A stretch of 64,000 bases of DNA from sequence record DRR378314_1513; one strand, written 5' to 3'. The notes below the pieces were generated by a model. That model was not told where the DNA came from. It made no database searches and was given only the letters and a program-made list of their open reading frames with translations. Position numbers and translations under genes: made by a program. Positions within the stretch are counted from its first letter, which is position 1; each line of letters opens with the position of its first letter. Positions 40,685-50,410 of the stretch are shown here, in pieces.

Positions 40685-42817
40685 TTAGAATTTGTAGCGA
40701 AGGCTTGCAACAACTGTCCGGCGTTGTCCGGGGAAACAATCGCCACGCGTCAGACATCCGGTCAGATAATCTTCATCGGTGATGTTGCGGGCATTGATTG
40801 CAAAGTCCCACTGGTCCCACTCATAGCCAACCATCAGGTCGCCCAGCGTGTAGTCCGGTGTCACGTAACGCAATGTACCATTCTCGGAGACAGTTTCGCC
40901 CACATAGCGAATGCCGGCACCTGACTTGAAGCCGGTCCACTGGCCATCCGGCCGCCACGTCGCCCAGACCGAGCCTTGAGTTTCTGGCGCAGCAGCGAGT
41001 TGGAAGCCATTCGGATCTTCCGCGTCCAGTGTCGAAAACGCAGCCTGGACATAGACAGTGTCAAACTGGACATGGCTTTCGAACTCAAAACCTTTCAGCG
41101 TGCCGACGCCTTCCTGTTGGGAGGCAGCCCCCGGCAGGGAGTTCGGATTATCGAGATTGGAAATCTCAATATCGAAATAGTTCAACGTGATCAGTCCGGG
41201 GAACGCAGACGGCTCATACTTGACGCCGACTTCGTATTGACGCGCTTCTTGCGGCTTCAGCGGGTTGCCCGTCGTCGTGTCTGTACCAACGACAGTCTCG
41301 AAGGATTCCGAATAGCTCGCATAAGGCGCAAAGCCATTGTCGAACCGGTAGAGCACACCGACGCTGGTTGAAATGGCATCATCATCCTGAACGACTGTGC
41401 CGCTGTCATTTTCGACATTGTCGCTACGAAGGCCAAGCGTGAAGCGCCAGTTTTCGTAGGAAATCTGGTCGGAAACATAGATGCCGAGATCCTGAACTGT
41501 AGAAGCCGGATTGTCGTTGTAGATGGCGTCAAACACGGCCTGGTCTGGGTAGTTTCCGTACACCGGATTTGCCAGGTCGAAGACATAGCTGAAATCGCCC
41601 TGCAACACGCCACCGGCAAAATAGTACGAGGAATCGCTGTCCGTTTCAACGTCCTGATATTGTACGCCTGCAAGCAATTGATGCTCAAACGCGCCCGTGG
41701 TGAAGTCCGCACGCACGCGGACATCGCCCGCCAGCTGATCAAACGTGTTGTCGCCCTGATAGAAGGTTCGAGCTACGGTTGTCTCGGTAAAGAGAGGCGC
41801 GCCCAGATATTGATTCAGATAGCGGCTGGCACCTGTGAATGTTGGCCACGCTTGATGGTAGTCGGCCTCACCAGAGCGCCACAGGGCGGTTGCCTCGAGT
41901 TTGAACACATCATTGATGCGATGCTCAGCCAGCAAGGTGACCTGCTGGGAATCTGTGTCGTAACGATTGAAACCAGGCTCGCCGACATAAACGTCCGTGT
42001 CGATGAACTCACCCGTCACATTGTGAGGCTCCAGCGTCCCTTCAATCGGAATGAACTGGGCGGCGGCGTCGCTGTCAGTCTCCTGCAGCAAGCCGATGAT
42101 AGTGAACTTCGTATCAGGTGTCGGTAGCCAGGAAAGGGATGGCATGAAGACCGTGGTGGTCTCGTCGACTTCGTCAATCTGTGTACCCGTATCGCGATAG
42201 ACGCCAACGACACGATAAAGCAGCTTTCCGTCCGATCCAGCGACTGGCCCGGTCACGTCACCAGCAATCTGGTAGCGATCAAAGTTGCCGAGCTCCGCAG
42301 CGATTTCACCACCGAAGTCTTCCTGAGGAGTCTTGGAAACATAGTTTGCGATCCCGCCAGGGGATCCTTGACCGTAAAGGACAGAGGCGGGCCCTTTCAG
42401 AACCTCAACCTGCTCAATCGTGTAAACGTCGGCGCGGGTCGAATTATAGCTGCCAAACAATTCCTGAACGGAGTCGCGATAGCGAGGGATGCTGAGGCCA
42501 CGGGAGAACGGGAAGTCACCCCGTGTGGAAAAGCCATAAGGCTCGGCGGTCACACCCGCGACATAGGTCAGCGTATCAGCGAGACGCAGCGCTCCCTTGT
42601 CGATGAACATGTCAGACGTTTCGACCGACAGCGATCGTGCGGTCTCAACGATGGGCGTTTCGTTCTTTGTCGCGCCGAACGAACCTGTCGTGCCCGTGAC
42701 GATCACGGTCTCCTGACGGCTCTCATCGTCGCTGCTTTGTGCCAATGCCGGCGACGCGGCAGCCATGCCGATAACAAGCGCGACGGTGCTGACTGCGCCA
42801 ACCTTCGAAATACTCAT
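40685..42817 (-). CDS. TonB-dependent siderophore receptor
   Basis: TonB box ETVIVTG; EVLKGPASVLYG; C-terminal LRYKF. Confidence 0.94.
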   Translation of the reverse strand: MSISKVGAVSTVALVIGMAAASPALAQSSDDESRQETVIVTGTTGSFGATKNETPIVETARSLSVETSDMFIDKGALRLADTLTYVAGVTAEPYGFSTRGDFPFSRGLSIPRYRDSVQELFGSYNSTRADVYTIEQVEVLKGPASVLYGQGSPGGIANYVSKTPQEDFGGEIAAELGNFDRYQIAGDVTGPVAGSDGKLLYRVVGVYRDTGTQIDEVDETTTVFMPSLSWLPTPDTKFTIIGLLQETDSDAAAQFIPIEGTLEPHNVTGEFIDTDVYVGEPGFNRYDTDSQQVTLLAEHRINDVFKLEATALWRSGEADYHQAWPTFTGASRYLNQYLGAPLFTETTVARTFYQGDNTFDQLAGDVRVRADFTTGAFEHQLLAGVQYQDVETDSDSSYYFAGGVLQGDFSYVFDLANPVYGNYPDQAVFDAIYNDNPASTVQDLGIYVSDQISYENWRFTLGLRSDNVENDSGTVVQDDDAISTSVGVLYRFDNGFAPYASYSESFETVVGTDTTTGNPLKPQEARQYEVGVKYEPSAFPGLITLNYFDIEISNLDNPNSLPGAASQQEGVGTLKGFEFESHVQFDTVYVQAAFSTLDAEDPNGFQLAAAPETQGSVWATWRPDGQWTGFKSGAGIRYVGETVSENGTLRYVTPDYTLGDLMVGYEWDQWDFAINARNITDEDYLTGCLTRGDCFPGQRRTVVASLRYKF

Positions 42818-42841
42818 GATGTAACCTCTAGAAAACAGATG

Positions 42842-42904
42842 TGAGAATGCATCTCAATACTAGAGGGCACCTACGAGGCATGTTATTGCAAGTCAATCGC
42901 ATGA
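42842..42904. promoter_or_regulatory. Two Fur-like boxes (TGAGA-N5-TCTCA at 42842; TGCAA-N5-TCGCA at 42887)
   Basis: 5-5-5 inverted repeats upstream of siderophore receptor. Confidence 0.7.
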
Positions 42905-43061
42905 CACACGCATTCCTGAGAATGCGGATCATTTTCTTTGGAATATCAATCGTCGTGACGAAGAAGCCACACTTCGCTCACAGCATTGGTGCGTGCCCCT
43001 GGGCATCGCGCGGCCAAGCCAATCATGTTTTGTAGCTGGGCAGACAGTTCGACTAGTCTCC

Positions 43062-43091
43062 GCGACACCAAGCGACAAAAAGCGACACAGG
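43062..43091 (+). repeat. Three GCGACA direct repeats at 10-bp period
   Basis: GCGACACCAA GCGACAAAAA GCGACACAGG. Confidence 0.7.
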
Positions 43092-46000
43092 CTATTCGGC
43101 CGGCACAGCCGCCTGATCGACGCTCGCACTTTCCGCTTCCAGCTTCCGGGCGACATCTCCGGGAGAACCGGTCCCACGTGCAATCAGCGCATACGCAGTT
43201 GGAACGAACAGCACTGTCACCAGCGCTGCTGCGATGACACCAAACAGGATGAGGACACCAATCGCTGACCGCGTTTCAGCGCCTGCACCGCTCGACAGGA
43301 TAAGCGGCAACGCCCCTGCAGCCGTTGTCAAACTGGTCATGACAATCGGACGGAACCGCGCGAGAGAGGCTTCCTTGATCGCGTCGTGGAACTCTCGCCC
43401 TTCGTCCCGCAGCTGGTTTGCAAACTCCACGATCAGAATGCCATTCTTCGCGGCAAGCCCCACCAACATGATCAGTCCGATCTGCGTGTAGATATTCAGG
43501 GAGTTGCCGGTCAGCCAGATGCCCAGCATGCCACCCGCCAGCGTGGCTGGCACGCACAGCATGATGATGACGGGGTGGCGATAGCTTTCGAACTGCGCCG
43601 CAAGCACGAGGAAGACGATGACCAGCCCCGTTGCGAACACGAACAGGATCGACTGTCCCGACGTCTTGAAGTCGAGCGACTGGCCTTTGAAATCGATGAT
43701 GGCTTCCTGGGGCAGCACGTCGCGCGCTGTCGCCTGCATGGCGTCCAGCACAGTTCCGAGCGCGGCACCATCAGCCAGTCCGGCCTCGATCGTGATTGCC
43801 CGGACGCGATTGTAGCGATTGAGCGTCGGGCTATCGGCAATTGGCATGATGCTTACGAGGTTGGACAAGGGGATGAGTTCGCCAGAACGGGCTGACCGCA
43901 CATAGATGTTCTGCACATCATTCGGCGTATTCTGCTCTGACCTCAGCCCCTCAAGAATGACGTCATACTCTTCGCCATCGTCGATATATGTCGTCACTTG
44001 TCGCGAGCCGAGCATCGTCTGAAGCGTCTCGCCAATGTCCGATACGGTTACACCAAGATCGGCCGCGCGGTCGTAATTCACCTGAATACGATATTGCGGC
44101 TGCGTCTCCTTGTAGTCCCAATCAATGTCGACGAGGCCGGGATTGTTTTCCTCAAGAGCGGCGATGAACGTGTCTCGCCATTCGACCAACGTTTCATAGG
44201 ACGGTCCACCCAGCACGAACTGGATCGGTTTTCCCGTTCCGCCGCCCAAGCCCTGCCGCATGATGGCAAAGGCGCGAATGCCGGGCAGGTCAGAGAGCTT
44301 CCCATTCACTTCACCAATGATCTCGTCCGCAGGTCGGCGTTCGGACCAGTCATTTAGCACAACGATCATGAAGCCCTGATTGAACGATGAGCTTCCGAAA
44401 CCTGGGGCGCGCAGGAGCAAACGATTGACCTCGCCGCTCTCGGTATAAGGAAGCATACGACGTTCGATCTCGTCCATGTAGCGTTCCATGTAATCATAGG
44501 ACGCCCCTTCAGGGCCGCGGATGGATACAAAGAACGCTCCGCGATCCTCGATGGGGACATATTCCTGTTCGATGGTCTTGGAGAGCCCATAAGCCCCGCC
44601 AAACAGGGCGATGAGTATGGCACCGACGGCAATGGGACGCATGATCAGCTTGTCCAGAACCCAGGCGTACCCGACGCGCAAGCGACCAAACCCACGATCA
44701 ATGGCGTTTGGCAGCGCCGCCATCACGCCAGTATTCTTCTCGCGCTTCAGCAATTTGGAGGCGAGCATCGGTGCCAGAGTCAGAGCAAGAATACTCGAAA
44801 ACGCAACCGCAGCCGCCATCGTCAGCGCGAATTCCGTAAACAGTCGCCCTACGTCGCCCCGCATGAAGGTGATCGGCACGAATACCGAAATCAGGACGAG
44901 TGTGGTTGCAACAACTGCAAAGCCAACCTGGCGCGTCCCGCGAAACGCGGCAACGAGCGGTGTCTCACCCTCTTCCTCAATCCGTCGGACTATGTTCTCC
45001 AGAACGACAATCGCGTCATCCACGACGAGCCCGATTGCCAGAACCAGAGCCAGCAAGGTGAGCAGGTTCACCGACAAACCCAGCGCGTAGAGCACGATGA
45101 ATGTGGCGACGATGGAAATCGGCACGGTGATGGCCGGTATGATCGTCGCTCGAATGCTTCCCAGGAAGATGAAGATCACGAGCGTGACAAGCCCAACCGC
45201 AATGGCCAATGTCGTGTAGACTTCGCGAATGGAAGCATCGATGAAAACCGAACTGTCGAAGCTACGCGCGATGATCATGCCTTCCGGCAAGGTTTCGTTG
45301 AGCCTTTCAGCAAGATCCCTCGCACCCGCAGCGACCTCGACTGTATTGGCGGTGGATTGCTTGATAATGCCTAGCCCCACCATCGGGACACCATTGCCCC
45401 GGAACATGTTGCGGTCTTCCACGGTGCCACGCTCGACGCGGGCCACATCGCCCAATCTGACGAGATATCCGTCTGCGCCTTCAGCAATGACGAGCGCCGC
45501 AAACTCTTCCGGTGTCCGGAAGGTCCTGTCGATACGAACCGTAAACGTTCGCTTCTCGGACTCAAGGCTGCCTGCCGGGGCTTCGATATTCTCGCTACGG
45601 AGCGCCTGAATGATCTCGGAAACGGTCAGATTTCTCGCGGCCAATTTGCGACGGTCAATCCAGACCCGAAGCGCATAGTCGCGGGAACCGCCCACCCGTA
45701 CACGCGCCACCCCATCAAGCGCCGAAAACCGGTCGACGAGGTAACGCTGAGCATAGTCAGAAAGCTCAGGCGTCGTCATCGTTTCACTAGCGAGGTTCAA
45801 CCAGATGATCACATCATCATTGGAGTCGGCCTTCTCGACTTCTGGCGGGTCCGTGTCCTCGGGAAGATTATCCATTACTCCGGAAATTCGGTCCCGGATG
45901 TCATTCGCGGCAACATCGATATCCTGGTCGATTCCAAACTCGACGCTGATACGAGAACGTCCATCGCTTGAGTTGGAGTCGATATATCTGATGCCTTCAA

Positions 46001-46220
46001 CACCCGCGATCCGGTCTTCGATAATTTGCGTGATGCGCGTTTCAACAACGCTGGCAGATGCACCGGGGTATCTCGTATCAATCGAGACGATCGGCGCATC
46101 AATGTCCGGGTATTCCCGGAGCGGCAAGCGCTCGAACGAGACCAGACCGAATATCACCAGGATGAGCGCGAGAACCGACGCAAATACCGGCCGCTTGATG
46201 GATGTATCGGACAGCAGCAT
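43092..46220 (-). CDS. RND efflux permease (MexW/VexH-like)
   Basis: SIKRPVFA, LREYPDID, GLVVDDAIVVLENI, RFRPIVMTS. Confidence 0.94.
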   Translation of the reverse strand: MLLSDTSIKRPVFASVLALILVIFGLVSFERLPLREYPDIDAPIVSIDTRYPGASASVVETRITQIIEDRIAGVEGIRYIDSNSSDGRSRISVEFGIDQDIDVAANDIRDRISGVMDNLPEDTDPPEVEKADSNDDVIIWLNLASETMTTPELSDYAQRYLVDRFSALDGVARVRVGGSRDYALRVWIDRRKLAARNLTVSEIIQALRSENIEAPAGSLESEKRTFTVRIDRTFRTPEEFAALVIAEGADGYLVRLGDVARVERGTVEDRNMFRGNGVPMVGLGIIKQSTANTVEVAAGARDLAERLNETLPEGMIIARSFDSSVFIDASIREVYTTLAIAVGLVTLVIFIFLGSIRATIIPAITVPISIVATFIVLYALGLSVNLLTLLALVLAIGLVVDDAIVVLENIVRRIEEEGETPLVAAFRGTRQVGFAVVATTLVLISVFVPITFMRGDVGRLFTEFALTMAAAVAFSSILALTLAPMLASKLLKREKNTGVMAALPNAIDRGFGRLRVGYAWVLDKLIMRPIAVGAILIALFGGAYGLSKTIEQEYVPIEDRGAFFVSIRGPEGASYDYMERYMDEIERRMLPYTESGEVNRLLLRAPGFGSSSFNQGFMIVVLNDWSERRPADEIIGEVNGKLSDLPGIRAFAIMRQGLGGGTGKPIQFVLGGPSYETLVEWRDTFIAALEENNPGLVDIDWDYKETQPQYRIQVNYDRAADLGVTVSDIGETLQTMLGSRQVTTYIDDGEEYDVILEGLRSEQNTPNDVQNIYVRSARSGELIPLSNLVSIMPIADSPTLNRYNRVRAITIEAGLADGAALGTVLDAMQATARDVLPQEAIIDFKGQSLDFKTSGQSILFVFATGLVIVFLVLAAQFESYRHPVIIMLCVPATLAGGMLGIWLTGNSLNIYTQIGLIMLVGLAAKNGILIVEFANQLRDEGREFHDAIKEASLARFRPIVMTSLTTAAGALPLILSSGAGAETRSAIGVLILFGVIAAALVTVLFVPTAYALIARGTGSPGDVARKLEAESASVDQAAVPAE

Positions 46221-46223
46221 TTT

Positions 46224-47333
46224 CTAGCGTCCCGCAGATGATGAAGAACCGCTTGAACTGCCTGATCTTTTCTTCCCGCTGACTGCCTGCGGCTCCAGCA
46301 TGGATTTGTCGCGAATACTGACAGCGCCGCCTTCACGAACCCGGATCACGCCTTCCGTGACGACCTCTTCACCTTCGACCAGTCCGGAGAGCACTTCCAC
46401 CTGTCCCGCCTGGCGTAGGCCCAGCGTGACCTCCTTGCGCCGTGCAACGCGCTCACCACCTTCTTCGGCGGCGACGAACACGAATGTACGCGGCCCGACC
46501 GGCTGAACGGCTTCCTCCGGAATGGACAGTGAGACACGCGGATCTGCAACCAGCGTGACCTGCACGAACATGCCCGCGATCAACAGACGGTCAGGATTCG
46601 GCAAGGTGGCTCGCACGCGAACGGACCGAGTGACAGGATCAATCGCATTGTCGATGGAGGCAACAGTGCCTTCGAAAGTCTCGCCAGGAAAATCGTCAGA
46701 GCGCGCTTCAATCGCGGTGCCCTTTTCAAGGGTCCGCAAGAATGTGGATGGCACCGAGAAATCGAGATTCATTTCGCTGTCATCAATCAACCTGGCGACC
46801 ACATCACCCGGCTGAACATATGATCCCACACTGACCATCCGGAACCCGAGCACGCCATCAAAAGGTGCAACGAGCACACGATCGCGCTGGCGTGATTGAA
46901 CTGCGCGCAACTGAGCCGCCGCGCTATCCAGATTGCGATTGGCCTGATCAAGTTCGGATTGTGAAACGGCCTGCTGCTCTGCGAGCCGAGCAAGACGTTC
47001 CTGCTGGCGGCGTGCTTCATCGTAAGTCGCCTCAGCGGCCTCTACCAGGGCAACCTGCTCGCGCTGAGCCAGAGACAGCAATGTCTTGCCCTGATGCACA
47101 CGGTCGCCATCGTCAAAATAGATCGCGCGGACACGGTCTGCCGCATTCAGGGTCAAATCCACCTGCTCATTCGGTTCCAGCGTACCGAGCGCCTCGATCC
47201 GCATAGAGAAATGGCGTTCCTGAACCGGTTCGACAAACACACTTGCAGGACTGTTGCGCTGAGCATTCGCAACCAACCCGGAAATGAGCAAAGCACTTAC
47301 GAAAAGAGAGGCAAATCTGTTCAACATGTTCAT
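46224..47333 (-). CDS. RND periplasmic adaptor
   Basis: APFDGVLG, DPVTRSVRVRA, GMF. Confidence 0.9.
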   Translation of the reverse strand: MNMLNRFASLFVSALLISGLVANAQRNSPASVFVEPVQERHFSMRIEALGTLEPNEQVDLTLNAADRVRAIYFDDGDRVHQGKTLLSLAQREQVALVEAAEATYDEARRQQERLARLAEQQAVSQSELDQANRNLDSAAAQLRAVQSRQRDRVLVAPFDGVLGFRMVSVGSYVQPGDVVARLIDDSEMNLDFSVPSTFLRTLEKGTAIEARSDDFPGETFEGTVASIDNAIDPVTRSVRVRATLPNPDRLLIAGMFVQVTLVADPRVSLSIPEEAVQPVGPRTFVFVAAEEGGERVARRKEVTLGLRQAGQVEVLSGLVEGEEVVTEGVIRVREGGAVSIRDKSMLEPQAVSGKKRSGSSSGSSSSAGR

Positions 47334-48769
47334 TCCAACGCCATTTCTGGATCGGCTTGCGAAGTTCCGTCCAACAACTCTACTCCACCCAACGCTCTAT
47401 ACGCAGCAATCGCGAGGCTGGATGATTGCAATCTACTCTCCGCCAACTGGTCTTCCGCAGTCAGCAGGGTTCTCTGGGCCTCCAGAACGTCGAGATAGTC
47501 ATCGAGGCCTTCTTCGAAACGCAGTCGCGCCAGATCAATCGCACGGCGCGCTGAGGCGGCGGCGCGCTGAAGATCGTCGCGCCGCCTTAATTCGTTGGTG
47601 TAGTCGGTCAGCGCCGACTCCACTTCACTGAGCGCATTCAACACTGTCTGCTCATATTGCGCAATTGCCGCTTCGGAGACGGCATCCGCAACCGCGATAT
47701 CAGCGCGGACGCGTCTGAGGTCGGGACCAGCCCAGCTGATGGACGGCCCAATGCCGAACCCGAAGCTCGACAGATCCCCGACATTGTTGCTGTCGTCGAA
47801 CAGCGCGAACAGATCTGCGTTGAGCGTAATTGTTGGAAACAAATCGGCCCGCGCCGCCTCTCCAAGGGCCAGTTGCCGGGCAATGGTCGCTTCAGCTTCG
47901 CGGATGTCCGGGCGTCTCCGTACCAGTTCAGCCAGGGAGCCCGTTGCGATGGCTCCCTCATGTTCCGGAATATCCAAACGCGTGGAGACGAGGTTTGCCA
48001 AAGAGGCATCCGGATCGTTCGCCGCCCGCCCTGTCAGCGCTGCCAGAGCATTTCGAGACGACTGGATCGTCGCTTCGTAGCGGGGCAATGAGGCGAGCGT
48101 TGTCCGGTATTGTGCCTCAGCACGCTCAAGGTCCAGCTGGGTTGCACGACCATTGTCAAAAAGGGTCTGAAGCAATTCGAGCCCTTCAGCCTGGGTTTGG
48201 GCATTCTTGCGCGCCACTTCGAGCCGTGTTTGCGCCCCGCGCATCTGCACATAATTACGTGCCGTTTCGCTGGCGACGATCACCGCCACGTCTCGGCGTG
48301 CCTGTCGCGCAGCCTCGACATCGAACTCTGCCGCCGCGATCTGAGCCTCAATCCGACCGAACGCATCAAACTCCCAGCTGGCGCCTAGTCCGCCCTGAAC
48401 AGACAATTCGACATCTTCGCCTGACCGAGCTGCCCGGCCGACTTCGGCTGTCGTGTTGGCCGACGTCGAATAACTCCGCCCAAGACGCGCCCCGAGCGCA
48501 GAGGCCTCTGCTGCACGCAGGTTGGCAGAGGCCAACTCAAGCGACTTGTTGGCAGACAGGGCGCGATCGACCAGCGCGGTCAGTTCGGGGTCACCAAATT
48601 GCGTCCACCATTGAGTGTTGAACGGAAGCTCTGTCTCCACACTCAGAAAATCTCCGCCCACAGGTAAAGCGGCCTCCTCCGGCCGCTCCGGCACAGAGGC
48701 ACATCCTGCCAGAATCGCTACAGCAGCTACAGGAAGGGACAGATTGAAAACGGCTTTCATGCCGCGCAT
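47330..48769 (-). CDS. Efflux outer-membrane factor lipoprotein
   Basis: Lipobox LAGC; WEFDAFG; RRRPDI; YRALGG. Confidence 0.9.
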   Translation of the reverse strand: MRGMKAVFNLSLPVAAVAILAGCASVPERPEEAALPVGGDFLSVETELPFNTQWWTQFGDPELTALVDRALSANKSLELASANLRAAEASALGARLGRSYSTSANTTAEVGRAARSGEDVELSVQGGLGASWEFDAFGRIEAQIAAAEFDVEAARQARRDVAVIVASETARNYVQMRGAQTRLEVARKNAQTQAEGLELLQTLFDNGRATQLDLERAEAQYRTTLASLPRYEATIQSSRNALAALTGRAANDPDASLANLVSTRLDIPEHEGAIATGSLAELVRRRPDIREAEATIARQLALGEAARADLFPTITLNADLFALFDDSNNVGDLSSFGFGIGPSISWAGPDLRRVRADIAVADAVSEAAIAQYEQTVLNALSEVESALTDYTNELRRRDDLQRAAASARRAIDLARLRFEEGLDDYLDVLEAQRTLLTAEDQLAESRLQSSSLAIAAYRALGGVELLDGTSQADPEMALE

Positions 48770-48934
48770 GTACCGCACTGGCCCTTAATATCCAGTGATA
48801 GTTCGGGAGAAACTGCTCACATGTTCGTTACAACTCGGTGAGAGATTGCGTTTCGCCTCAAAGCGGAATGCAGTCAGTCAACAACGGACATATGCCGGCC
48901 AAGCGCGGTCACAATGTGTCGCCATACGTCGCGC

Positions 48935-50311
48935 CTACGCCCCAGCCTGTATGACTTGCGCCGGATCGCCTCTGTGCACCTCTTCCGGCAGCCCCTCGAT
49001 CTCTTCGTCAACTGCCTCAGAGCCGAAGTCGGGATAGCGGCCCAACAAGAGAAGCACTGCTCCACCAGCCAAAACAATGATCGCACCGCTTGAGAGCGCC
49101 AGGGTGTAATTCCCGACCGTATCATACAGGTAGCCATAGGTGACCGGTCCGACGCCGCCCGCCACCGCGACGACGGTGTAAAAGCAGCCATAGATCGTGC
49201 CATATTTTCTTTGGCCGAAATATCGACTGACCAGATAGGCCAAGAGGTCGAATTCAAACCCAGCACCGAACCCAATCCCCGCAACAGCCAGGAAGGCTGC
49301 TCTCTGCGAAATGTCCGGCAAGGTCAGCGCCCAACACCCGGCGGCGGGGATAAACAGGATCAACAACGCGCAAAGCGGCGCCCAGAATTTGTCCAGCATC
49401 CATCCGCCGAGCAGGCGACCAGCAATAACCGCCAAGCCAAAACTCGCCGTAATGCCGCCAATCTGCGCCAGTGAGAATCCCTGAGTGCGAAGGATATTTT
49501 CCAGATTTGGCGTCGGTGCAGTCAGCGCAAACGCGATCAACAGGAATGACAGCGCGATGACCCAGAAATTCTTGTGCATCAGCGCTTGCTTCAGCGTGTA
49601 CCCAGGCAAAACGGGTGCTGTCTGTATTGCCGAGGCTGAAGGGCCATCCTCCCGCACAGGGGCAGCCTCGACGACATTCTGCTTTTCCTTCAGGAACAGC
49701 AGGACAATCGGAAGACCGATCACAATCGGCAACATGCCGATACATACAAAGGCCATTCGCCATCCAAACTGTTCGATCAGCATCGCAGTGTACGGCTTGA
49801 TCAGAAATCCTGTGAAGCCGGTACCTGCGCTGGCCAGGCCGAGCGCCAGCCCCTTGTTCTTGTCAAACCAGCCGTTCACCACCGACGTCCAAGTGGCTGA
49901 CAGCGTTCCGGCACCGAGAGCCGCCATGACCGTCCACTGAAGGTACAACATCAACAAGGACCCGTTGTTGAGCGACAAGCTCATAAAACAGATTCCGAAG
50001 CTGGTCAGCGAAACTGTCGCCACCTTTCGCGCCCCGAACCTGTCCACACAATAGCCCGCCAACGGGCTTATGATCATGATGACCACGCCCTGAATCGCGA
50101 TGACCACCATCAGGGACGAGAAGCTCCAGCCGAAATCATCTGCCAACTCAGGGGCAAACATCCCGATCGTGTAAAATGGTATAGGACTAAGCCCAACGGA
50201 CACGCCAACCATGGCGGCGATGACAACCAACCAAGCTTGTATCGAGTTGCGTTTGTCGGCGGAGGCAGAAGAGGAATTTTTAGAAATGATTTCACCGTTC
50301 AGGGTAGACAC
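48935..50311 (-). CDS. MFS transporter (OFA/monocarboxylate-like)
   Basis: GYCVDRFGAR; WFDKNKGLALG; about 12 TM segments. Confidence 0.88.
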   Translation of the reverse strand: MSTLNGEIISKNSSSASADKRNSIQAWLVVIAAMVGVSVGLSPIPFYTIGMFAPELADDFGWSFSSLMVVIAIQGVVIMIISPLAGYCVDRFGARKVATVSLTSFGICFMSLSLNNGSLLMLYLQWTVMAALGAGTLSATWTSVVNGWFDKNKGLALGLASAGTGFTGFLIKPYTAMLIEQFGWRMAFVCIGMLPIVIGLPIVLLFLKEKQNVVEAAPVREDGPSASAIQTAPVLPGYTLKQALMHKNFWVIALSFLLIAFALTAPTPNLENILRTQGFSLAQIGGITASFGLAVIAGRLLGGWMLDKFWAPLCALLILFIPAAGCWALTLPDISQRAAFLAVAGIGFGAGFEFDLLAYLVSRYFGQRKYGTIYGCFYTVVAVAGGVGPVTYGYLYDTVGNYTLALSSGAIIVLAGGAVLLLLGRYPDFGSEAVDEEIEGLPEEVHRGDPAQVIQAGA

Positions 50312-50410
50312 GCGACAACGATTATCGCAGCAATAGTTATATTAATATATCATTTTAAATACGCGCGATATTCCTGTCTAGGATATTGTCGAACTGGCGG
50401 GAAAACTCAC

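Noticed and set aside
43062-48932. Transposon ends or CRISPR-like repeats
   Set aside because: No transposase, no true terminal inverted repeat or target duplication seen, and the units are too short and spacerless for CRISPR
50237-50410. Long N-terminal extensions in the ORF track (also 9957, 18523, 31931, 51985)
   Set aside because: They overlap promoters or neighbouring genes; downstream starts have an RBS, signal peptide or stop-start coupling
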